A program made the position numbers and the translations under genes. From Flexilinea sp. (GTDB lineage Bacteria > Bacillota > Clostridia > Oscillospirales > Oscillospiraceae), in NCBI GenBank assembly GCA_963615825.1, contig CAVEIY010000001.1:3200-67199 (forward strand): 64,000 nucleotides of DNA, written 5' to 3'. Each line of letters starts with the position of its first letter. Position 1 is the first letter of the stretch. Shown in pieces: positions 57,287 to 64,000 of this stretch. The notes under the pieces were generated by a model. That model ran no database searches. It was given only the letters and a program-made list of their open reading frames with translations, and was not told where the DNA came from.

Positions 57287-57478
57287 ATGAACACAACCGA
57301 TGAACAATGGGTGCGATGCCCAATTTGCGGTGCAAAGACGCGGCTCCGTCTGCTGCAAAGAACGGTGTTGATGGAGTTTCCTCTGTTTTGTCCAAAGTGC
57401 AGGCGGGAGAGCATTATCAACGCGAGAAACTTTCAAATTGAACAGGTCAATCAGCCAGACGCTAAGACGCAGTGCTGA
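57287..57478 (+). CDS. Cysteine-rich KTR domain-containing protein
   Basis: 63 aa. CPICGAKTRLRL...FPLFCPKCRRE is the Cys_rich_KTR signature. RBS AAGGAG. Confidence 0.7.
   Translation: MNTTDEQWVRCPICGAKTRLRLLQRTVLMEFPLFCPKCRRESIINARNFQIEQVNQPDAKTQC
57453..57478 (+). repeat. 26-nt exact repeat, copy 2 (3' end of the KTR gene)
   Basis: AGCCAGACGCTAAGACGCAGTGCTGA. Encodes ...QPDAKTQC-stop. Confidence 0.85.
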
Positions 57479-57513
57479 CCACGGATTCGGTGGTCATGCA
57501 CTGCGCCTTTTTT
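57468..57513 (+). terminator. Intrinsic terminator after the KTR gene
   Basis: CGCAGTGCTGACCAC-loop-GTGGTCATGCACTGCG followed by CCTTTTTT. Confidence 0.65.
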
Positions 57514-57528
57514 GAAAAGAGGGAGCCA

Positions 57529-58182
57529 ATGAAAAAAACATTTCTACAGAAGCTGGGCCTGCTGGGCGTGCTCAGTTTCCTCTCCTATACGGCAGCTGTG
57601 GTATTCTCGCCGCTGGCCTATCCCGGATACCGCTGGATGGCGCAGGCAGTCAGCGATTTGAGTGCAGCCAATGCACCGTCCCTGGCACTGTGGAATCAGT
57701 TGAGTGCAATTTATAACACCTGCGAGGTTCTCTGTGCAACCGTTGTGTGCATTGGCATCCAGGGAAAGAAAACCAGACTGCTGCGCATCGGCATTTCCTT
57801 ATTTGCGGGGATGGAGTGGATCTCGGCGGTAGGTTATCGAATGTTTCCTCTCAGCGACAGCGGTTATGCGGGGGCATTTCAGGATGTAATGCACATGGTG
57901 GTGACTGCGATTGTGGTGCTGCTGTCCATTGTGTCGCTGACCATGATCCTGATTGCCGGTGTGAAAAATAAGGGCTGCCGTTCCTATGGCATATGTGCGG
58001 CAGTGGCGCTGGGGATGATGCTTGTGGGGGCACTTGGGATGAAGTTGGTGCCTGCTGAATATTTTGGAGTTGTGGAGCGATTCAGTGTGTTTGCGGCAAC
58101 GGGCTTCAACGCGGCACTGGGCATCCATCTGTTTTGCATGAAGCCTGAAAATAATTATTGTATAAGGGAGAATGAATTATGA
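57529..58182 (+). CDS. DUF998-like integral membrane protein
   Basis: About 217 aa, 6 TM. Start at ATG 57529 behind AGAGGGAG. Confidence 0.55.
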   Translation: MKKTFLQKLGLLGVLSFLSYTAAVVFSPLAYPGYRWMAQAVSDLSAANAPSLALWNQLSAIYNTCEVLCATVVCIGIQGKKTRLLRIGISLFAGMEWISAVGYRMFPLSDSGYAGAFQDVMHMVVTAIVVLLSIVSLTMILIAGVKNKGCRSYGICAAVALGMMLVGALGMKLVPAEYFGVVERFSVFAATGFNAALGIHLFCMKPENNYCIRENEL

Positions 58183-58805
58183 CAGAGAACAACGTGATCA
58201 TCCGTCTTGAGACAAAAGCCGATTATCGAAATACTGAAAACCTGGTCCGGGAAGCGTTCTGGAATGTTTACCGTCCCGGCTGCATGGAGCATTATGTGCT
58301 GCACTGCTATCGGAATGATCCGGCATTTGTGCCGGAGCTGGATTTTGTGATGGAGCGGGACGGAGAACTGATTGGGCAGATTATGTATGTACGCTCGGAA
58401 ATCCAGTGCGATGACGGGCGAAAGCTGCCGATTATGACTTTTGGCCCCATAGGCATTGCACCTTCGTATCAGCGGCAGGGCTATGGAAAGCGGCTGCTGG
58501 ATGCTTCCATGGAGAAAGCCAAGGAGATGGGCGCTGGTGCGCTGGCGATCACCGGAAATATTCAATTTTACGGCCAATCCGGCTTTGTCCTGGGCAAGAC
58601 AAAGAAAATTCGCTATGCTGACGATCCGGAGGCAGACTATTTCCTTGTGAAGGAACTGGAACCCGGTTTCCTGAGCGGAATTTCCGGCGCCTATCGTGAC
58701 CCGGATGGGTATTTTGTCTGTGAGAAAAATCCGGAGACATTTACAGCGTATGAGGCTACGTTCCCGGAAAAGGAGAAGTGCAAGCTTCCAGGGCAGCTTT
58801 TTTAA
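58179..58805 (+). CDS. GNAT family N-acetyltransferase
   Basis: GIAPSYQRQGYGKRLLDASMEKAKEMG acetyl-CoA motif. ATGA overlap with the upstream gene. Confidence 0.8.
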   Translation: MTENNVIIRLETKADYRNTENLVREAFWNVYRPGCMEHYVLHCYRNDPAFVPELDFVMERDGELIGQIMYVRSEIQCDDGRKLPIMTFGPIGIAPSYQRQGYGKRLLDASMEKAKEMGAGALAITGNIQFYGQSGFVLGKTKKIRYADDPEADYFLVKELEPGFLSGISGAYRDPDGYFVCEKNPETFTAYEATFPEKEKCKLPGQLF

Positions 58806-58900
58806 ATCAGAATGTGCCGCAGCATTGTAGACGGGACGATTCAGCCAAGGACGGCGCATGGGTTACTGCAAACGAATCCATAACAAAGGAAAGAGGAAAC

Positions 58901-59572
58901 ATGAAAAAGCAAAACCGAAAACTCATTTTTGCAGCACTGGGCTGTTTTGCAGCGTTTATCCTATGGACGGTGCTGGTTGGCTATGTAGATGTGCAGCCGA
59001 TTGGACCGGAGCGCTCCGCTGTGGGATTTGCTGCCCTCAACGGCGCATTCCATAGCCTGACCGGTGTACATTGGCTGCTCTATACCCTTACAGACTGGCT
59101 GGGACTGGTTCCAATTGTAATTGCACTGAGCTTTGCGGGGCTGGGACTGCATCAACTCATTCAGAGAAGGCGCATTCTCCGCGTAGACCGCAGCATCCTT
59201 GCGCTTGGCGTGTTTTACATTGTGGTGCTGGCTGTTTATTTTCTGTTTGAAAAGGTCATCATCAATTACCGTCCGGTGCTGATCGAAGGTCGGCTGGAGG
59301 CATCTTATCCGTCCTCTACGACTATGCTTGCGCTGTGTATCCTTCCAACAGCTATGATGCAGCTGAGCAGCAGAATCCGGGCAGGGGTCATCCGTAAAAC
59401 GGTTCTCCTGATGCTTGGAATATTTTCTGCCTTTCTGGTGATTGGAAGGCTCCTCTCGGGCGTACATTGGCTAAGCGATATTTTCGGCGGCGTGCTGTTG
59501 AGTGCAGGACTTGTTCTGTTCTATGCCTGGGTGTTTCAGAAATGCAGAGCTGCAAATCCGGAAGAGAAATAA
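58901..59572 (+). CDS. PAP2 family phosphatase (membrane)
   Basis: YPSST... and RLLSGVHWLSDIFGG (SRx5Hx3D-type motif). Several TM. Start at ATG 58901 behind AAGAGGAAAC. Confidence 0.7.
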   Translation: MKKQNRKLIFAALGCFAAFILWTVLVGYVDVQPIGPERSAVGFAALNGAFHSLTGVHWLLYTLTDWLGLVPIVIALSFAGLGLHQLIQRRRILRVDRSILALGVFYIVVLAVYFLFEKVIINYRPVLIEGRLEASYPSSTTMLALCILPTAMMQLSSRIRAGVIRKTVLLMLGIFSAFLVIGRLLSGVHWLSDIFGGVLLSAGLVLFYAWVFQKCRAANPEEK

Positions 59573-59757
59573 AGAGAGATACAAGGTAGCCGCCTGACGG
59601 TATGCTGGTCAGACGGCTACCTGAATATGGGGAAGAGCAGGTAAATATATCGCCGCAGAAGTGCAATCAGCGCTTCTGCGGCGAGCTTTTTATCTGTAAG
59701 GCTCCACAGCCTGATTCGCTGGGGCGTTTTGACGATGTACCGGAAAACAATTCTGGC

Positions 59758-60486
59758 CTACAAATAATTGGACAGCCAGTGATGATAATTCTCGCGGAAG
59801 CTGTCACAGCAGCTTCGACCGACAGGCAGCGTTTTCCCCGTGGAGAGGGTGATTTCCGAGCGTTTAGTTGCCGAGATGTAGTGGTGATTTACAATATAGC
59901 CCCGATGGCAGATGGAAAACTGCCGTTTGGGGAGCAGATCATAGATCTCCTTGATGCTCATCGAGGACTTAATCTCCTGTCCATCGTTTAAATTGAGCTG
60001 AACGATTCGGCCAAAGCGCTCGCAGTAGATGAGCTGCTTTAATGGGACAATGACCTGTGAACCGCAGGACAGAATGGAAATGTACTGCGCCTGCTCACTG
60101 CGATACTGGAAAAAGCGCTTCATGGCCTGCGGAATCCGGTCTGCATATTCCTCTTTTAGAATGTAGTAGATGGGGCCTGTTTCGTAGATGTCCGTTGCGT
60201 AGGAGAGATACGCGGTCAAGTAGATGACGGCGCAGTCCGGCCATAATTTTAGCAGCTCTGCAACGCCGTCGATACCAGAAGGCGTATTTTCCCCCAGATC
60301 AATGTCGGAAATCACCAGGTCAACAGGCGTTGTTTTGGCCGCTTGCAGCATAGATGGTACATCCGAAAAGCAGGTTATGGTGAAATCATCTGCTGCATTC
60401 TGTTTCAGATATTCGTTTAAATGCTGCTGGAATCCATGAAGGAACACAGCATTGTCGTCCAGAAGAAAGATGGAAAGCGATTTCAT
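59758..60486 (-). CDS. LytTR-family response regulator (AgrA/LytR-type)
   Basis: Receiver domain (IFLLDDN...VISDIDLG) plus a C-terminal LytTR DNA-binding domain (ICHRGYIVN). ATGA overlap with the kinase gene. Confidence 0.85.
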   Translation of the reverse strand: MKSLSIFLLDDNAVFLHGFQQHLNEYLKQNAADDFTITCFSDVPSMLQAAKTTPVDLVISDIDLGENTPSGIDGVAELLKLWPDCAVIYLTAYLSYATDIYETGPIYYILKEEYADRIPQAMKRFFQYRSEQAQYISILSCGSQVIVPLKQLIYCERFGRIVQLNLNDGQEIKSSMSIKEIYDLLPKRQFSICHRGYIVNHHYISATKRSEITLSTGKTLPVGRSCCDSFRENYHHWLSNYL

Positions 60487-61796
60487 GGGTTTTGCTCCTT
60501 TTTAGCATCCAGTGGAATCCACAGCGAAGCCTGAAACTGGGCGTTTTCATTGTGAAGCTCAAGCCGGCCGGAGGTGCGATCCGCTAAACGCTGCAAAATT
60601 GTCAGCCCCCATCCGTGCTCGCTGGACAGGTCCGGCGCCTTGGGAACGGCCTGCGTTGACGTATTCGAGGGGTTCCTGCAGGAGATCAGCAGATCACTGC
60701 CGTGGAGAAGTACGGAAAAGTCGATGGAACGCTGCTCCGGCGGAAGCTTGGCGCAGGCGTTAATGGCGTTGTCTAGGAGATTGGAGATGACGCTGCTGAG
60801 GGAAACGGAATCAAAGTTGATATGAGCAGGAAGCGGACCGCTGTAATGAAAGCGAATCTCGTGCTCCTGAATCAGGTAATATTTTGCGTTGATGACAGCA
60901 TCAACGACGGCGTTCCCTGAGAACGCGGCATTGCCCCACTGCTTCACCTCGGTGAAATAGGAATCAAGCTGTGATACAGCGGTACCGGTATGTCCGGTGC
61001 TGAGCAGCATGCGGACGGCCTGAAGCTGATTGATCATATCATGACGCAGCCGACGGATAATCTGTGCCTGCTCCTGTAGTCTGGAGTAGTTTTCCGCTTC
61101 GCTTTTCAGGAGTAGTTCGGCCTGCTGCTTGTCCAGCTCCAGCTGATGCACGTTGTTGAGCTGTTCAAAGGTGCGCATGAGCATGTAGTCCATTACAATG
61201 ATAAACGCAACAATGATGCTGGAGCAAATGGCAAACGGAACGATGTTTGCACCGGCTGCAAGGGCAAGTGCGTCCATAAAAATCAGGGCCAGCAGGATGA
61301 ACGTCTGGAAAATGAAAAGAGGCAGATAGCGCTTTACACTTTGCGCTGTGTATTGGTGAAACAGCTTATCGCAAATCAGCCAGTCTATATAATAGCAAAA
61401 AACGAAATAGGGTGTTCCAATGAGCCGGAATACTACAATAAACGACAGCGGCAGCTGCTGCATGGACACAAAATCCGGATACGCAAGGAATGTGGCCATG
61501 TCCATTGGAAACTCGGCGATAAACATCATAAAGATGCTTAATACGGAATAAATAGCGGCGTTGATTTTGGGGATTCTCGTTCCGATGAGCGTAAGAAGCA
61601 ATTGCGCGATACAGGTAAAAATGGGACGAACGAGCAGCATGCCAGTTGTTAGGGTGTATACGCCCAGCATGATGGCGGAGGAAATTGCGGTCCGAAGCCA
61701 GCGATGCGTGGCCTGCGTGTAGCGATATGTCATGTAGAATGCGGCGACGACCTGTAAAAGGGTCGATAGCGTGTCAATCCAAAATCGTGCGTCCAT
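60483..61796 (-). CDS. AgrC-like (HPK10, GHKL) sensor histidine kinase
   Basis: N-terminal 6-7 TM sensor. H-box RRLRHDMINQL, N-box ISNLLDNAINA, G-box EHGWGLTIL. Confidence 0.85.
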   Translation of the reverse strand: MDARFWIDTLSTLLQVVAAFYMTYRYTQATHRWLRTAISSAIMLGVYTLTTGMLLVRPIFTCIAQLLLTLIGTRIPKINAAIYSVLSIFMMFIAEFPMDMATFLAYPDFVSMQQLPLSFIVVFRLIGTPYFVFCYYIDWLICDKLFHQYTAQSVKRYLPLFIFQTFILLALIFMDALALAAGANIVPFAICSSIIVAFIIVMDYMLMRTFEQLNNVHQLELDKQQAELLLKSEAENYSRLQEQAQIIRRLRHDMINQLQAVRMLLSTGHTGTAVSQLDSYFTEVKQWGNAAFSGNAVVDAVINAKYYLIQEHEIRFHYSGPLPAHINFDSVSLSSVISNLLDNAINACAKLPPEQRSIDFSVLLHGSDLLISCRNPSNTSTQAVPKAPDLSSEHGWGLTILQRLADRTSGRLELHNENAQFQASLWIPLDAKKEQNP

Positions 61797-61897
61797 ATTA
61801 TTCCCTCCTTTGCGGGAGTAATCATATCATATCCAGTTGACCAGAATCAAGAAAAATAGGTTTTTCTGTAAGAAAACAGATCGTTTGGACGGTATGG

Positions 61898-61926
61898 TTG
61901 AATGTGGGAAATTGTTTTGATATAAT
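61898..61926 (+). promoter_or_regulatory. Sigma-70-like promoter for the O-antigen-ligase-family gene
   Basis: TTGAAT (61898-903), 17-nt spacer, TATAAT (61921-26). Confidence 0.55.
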
Positions 61927-62007
61927 ATTTAAGTTAGAGGGATTATAGAGAAAGGAACCCTGGGAGAGATCACCCATAGCGGGATTACAGGGATAATGGA
62001 GGAGAGA

Positions 62008-63789
62008 ATGTCTACAGCTCAGATGCTTTGGCTGGTGCGCGGTGGTGTTTTTCTGGCGGCAGCCATTTTCGGTGGGATACTCGTACATCGGGAAAGGGAT
62101 GACCCGGAGGTCCGGAGAATGCGATGGCTTTTGTTCGTCATGCCCTTTTCCACAGGCGGTTTTTTCAGCGCCTCCTCTGTGGTGCTGGGTGGAGCGTCTA
62201 TTTGGATTTTGGGAAAGAAATATCAGGAAAGCCGCACGCTGCGTTTTAAGCTGAGCGTATCCTCTGCGGCGCTGGGCCTTGTGGTGCTGGGATATTGGGC
62301 GACACTGTTCTGGGCAAAGAACAAGGGCGCAGCCTGGATTGGTGCGGCGAAGTTTTCCTCCCTGGGACTATATGGCCTTGCCCTAATGCAGCAGGCACCG
62401 GAAAAGCGGGAGAAAATTCTTGCGGTTTTGCCGCTGGCCGGGATGATTATGGTAGTAACAAGCTTTCCGCTTCAATACATCTCGGCACTTTCCGATACCA
62501 TTGCGCCCAAGGGCCGACTGGCGGGATTTTTTGAATATCCCAATACATTTGCGCTGTTTTTGCTGATGGGCCTGATCCTTCAGTATACAAAATCGCAGCG
62601 GAAAAAAGTAGATTATGTCATAGACCTTGTGCTGATTCTGGGCATATTCCTCAGCGGCAGCCGGACGAATTTTGCGTTTATGGCGCTGGTCATTTTGGTG
62701 GGCCTTGTGTGCCGAAAGGACTGGAAGTTCCGGCTGGTTACTGCTTGCGGCTTTGTCCTGTGCGTTGCGGCATCCCTGGTGGGCGCCAAGCTGCTGGGCG
62801 GATTTTCCGCAGCGAGATATCTCACTGCCAGCGCATCGGATACATCGTTCCTGTCCCGGGTGCTCTATGATGTGGATGCATTGCCGGTGATTTTGCGGCA
62901 TCCCTTTGGCCTGGGCTACATGGGCTATAAGGCGGTACAGGGGAGCATCCAGACCGGCGTTTATTCGGTGGCCTATGTTCACAATGAACTGCTTCAGCTG
63001 CTTCTGGACATTGGCTGGATTCCAACCGTAGCGCTTTGTGCCGCAATCCTACTGGCGTTTTTCAAACGCGGCGCTGGGGTTCAGCGGAGACTGATCCTGC
63101 TGGTGATTGCAGGCCATTGCATGCTGGACTTTGACCTGCAATATTTGTCGATTTGGATGGTGCTGCTGGCGTGCCTGAACCTGGAGTGCGGAAAAACGGC
63201 GACGCTCCAGCGCGGCATACCGGCAATGCTTGGCGGATTTGTGACCCTGCTGGCCGTGTGCCTGTGGCTGGTAACCGGGGATACACTCTACTACCTGGGA
63301 AAAACCCAGCAGTGCCTGGAGCTGACACCGTTCCATGGAGCGGCATTGGAGCGGCAGCTTTCGGAGCTGGACGATGCCGAGGTGCTGGATGAGACAGCCC
63401 AGAAGGTTTTGAAGCTCAACCGCTATTCTACCATTGCATGGAGCGCAAGGACCAATGCGGCCTATGCAACAGGCAATATTACGGCGATGATGCAGTATAA
63501 GGAGCGGGCGATTGCAACAGCCCCATACTCGTTGGACGAGTACCTGGACTATTTTGATAAGCTATACGGCGCCATGGAACGCTATATCGCAGTTGGCGAT
63601 CAAAGCAGTGCGGCGGTCTGCGCACAGAAGCTGCTGACCATTCCGGATCAGATGAACGCTGTGATGGAAGGGTCCTCCGCACTGGCATGGCACGTGCAGC
63701 ATATACCACAACTGACGCTTCCGGCGGAGTACCAGGAAATACTGGATCAGATTCCGGGAAACTTGAGAGGGGGTGCCGCGAACAATTAA
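62008..63789 (+). CDS. O-antigen ligase/polymerase family (Wzy_C) membrane protein with C-terminal TPR-like soluble domain
   Basis: About 10-12 TM with an ...FLSGSRTNFAFMALV... loop. The last ~180 aa are helical and soluble. Start likely ATG 62008 behind GGAGGAG; the track start is 61996. Confidence 0.7.
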   Translation: MSTAQMLWLVRGGVFLAAAIFGGILVHRERDDPEVRRMRWLLFVMPFSTGGFFSASSVVLGGASIWILGKKYQESRTLRFKLSVSSAALGLVVLGYWATLFWAKNKGAAWIGAAKFSSLGLYGLALMQQAPEKREKILAVLPLAGMIMVVTSFPLQYISALSDTIAPKGRLAGFFEYPNTFALFLLMGLILQYTKSQRKKVDYVIDLVLILGIFLSGSRTNFAFMALVILVGLVCRKDWKFRLVTACGFVLCVAASLVGAKLLGGFSAARYLTASASDTSFLSRVLYDVDALPVILRHPFGLGYMGYKAVQGSIQTGVYSVAYVHNELLQLLLDIGWIPTVALCAAILLAFFKRGAGVQRRLILLVIAGHCMLDFDLQYLSIWMVLLACLNLECGKTATLQRGIPAMLGGFVTLLAVCLWLVTGDTLYYLGKTQQCLELTPFHGAALERQLSELDDAEVLDETAQKVLKLNRYSTIAWSARTNAAYATGNITAMMQYKERAIATAPYSLDEYLDYFDKLYGAMERYIAVGDQSSAAVCAQKLLTIPDQMNAVMEGSSALAWHVQHIPQLTLPAEYQEILDQIPGNLRGGAANN

Positions 63790-63821
63790 AACCAAATCAA
63801 GTGATATAAGGAGGCACAAAC

Positions 63822-64000
63822 ATGAATCAAGTAAAGAAGAAGCTTAGACGAGGACTGGCACTGCTTCTGGCAGTGCTGCAGGCCATGCTGGTGTTTGCCG
63901 TGGTTCCGGTCAGTGCGGCGGATGACGTAACCAGCGGCACCTGCGGAGAGAATCTGACGTGGACGCTGGATGACGAGGGGACACTGACGATCTCCGGAAG
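63822..64000 (+). CDS. Secreted surface protein, probable BspA-type leucine-rich-repeat protein (N-terminal fragment; continues past the window)
   Basis: Hand translation gives MNQVKKKLRRGLALLLAVLQAMLVFAVVPVSAADDVTSGTCGENLTWTLDDEGTLTISG. That is a signal peptide plus the typical 'GTCGxNLxWxLDxxGxLTISG' opening. RBS AAGGAGG. Confidence 0.6.
   Translation, partial: MNQVKKKLRRGLALLLAVLQAMLVFAVVPVSAADDVTSGTCGENLTWTLDDEGTLTISG

Noticed and set aside
1-64000. Looked for CRISPR arrays, tRNA/rRNA genes, transposases/IS ends, prophage or toxin-antitoxin/defence gene signatures
   Set aside because: I saw no regularly spaced direct repeats, cloverleaf-like or rRNA-like segments, DDE/serine transposase motifs or known defence-system domains by eye. 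The only recombinase is the one next to the inverted repeats.

Overview
This is a 64-kb chromosomal window from a Gram-positive anaerobe. Gene content and a moderately GC-rich backbone suggest Clostridia, Oscillospiraceae/Ruminococcaceae-like, but that is an inference only. All coordinates were derived by hand and may be off by a few nt.

Layout, left to right:
(1) ECF transporter T and S components, then an AraC regulator with a PLP enzyme and an aspartate-dehydrogenase-like gene.
(2) Two convergent 'amino-acid ABC transporter + M20 peptidase' operons. The second sits behind a canonical lysine (L-box) riboswitch.
(3) An accessory catabolic island (15.6-28.4 kb). It holds an orphan lipoprotein SBP, two BaiE-like SnoaL/NTF2 proteins, two MFS transporters, a LysR regulator divergent from a 4Fe-4S Old-Yellow-Enzyme-type ene-reductase, and two tandem paralogous ~590-aa proteins of unknown function.
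(4) An ~18-kb Wzx/Wzy capsule/EPS locus, all on the minus strand (28.9-47.0 kb). Its distal glycosyltransferase half is visibly AT-rich. It is driven from a 246-bp segment flanked by 25-bp perfect inverted repeats and abutting a tyrosine recombinase, which is a candidate phase-variable inverton.
(5) A Dlt-like esterification operon in non-canonical order with an inserted GNAT and an unannotated DltX-like micro-ORF.
(6) Two tandem SDRs, two TetR modules with palindromic operators, small Cys-rich proteins, a GNAT and a PAP2 phosphatase.
(7) An orphan AgrC/AgrA-like two-component system, an O-antigen-ligase-family/TPR membrane protein, and the start of an LRR surface protein.

I saw no rRNA, tRNA, CRISPR array or transposase.

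Best candidates for something new are the capsule inverton, the LysR/ene-reductase/SnoaL/beta-helix-like island, and the GNAT-containing Dlt-like operon.
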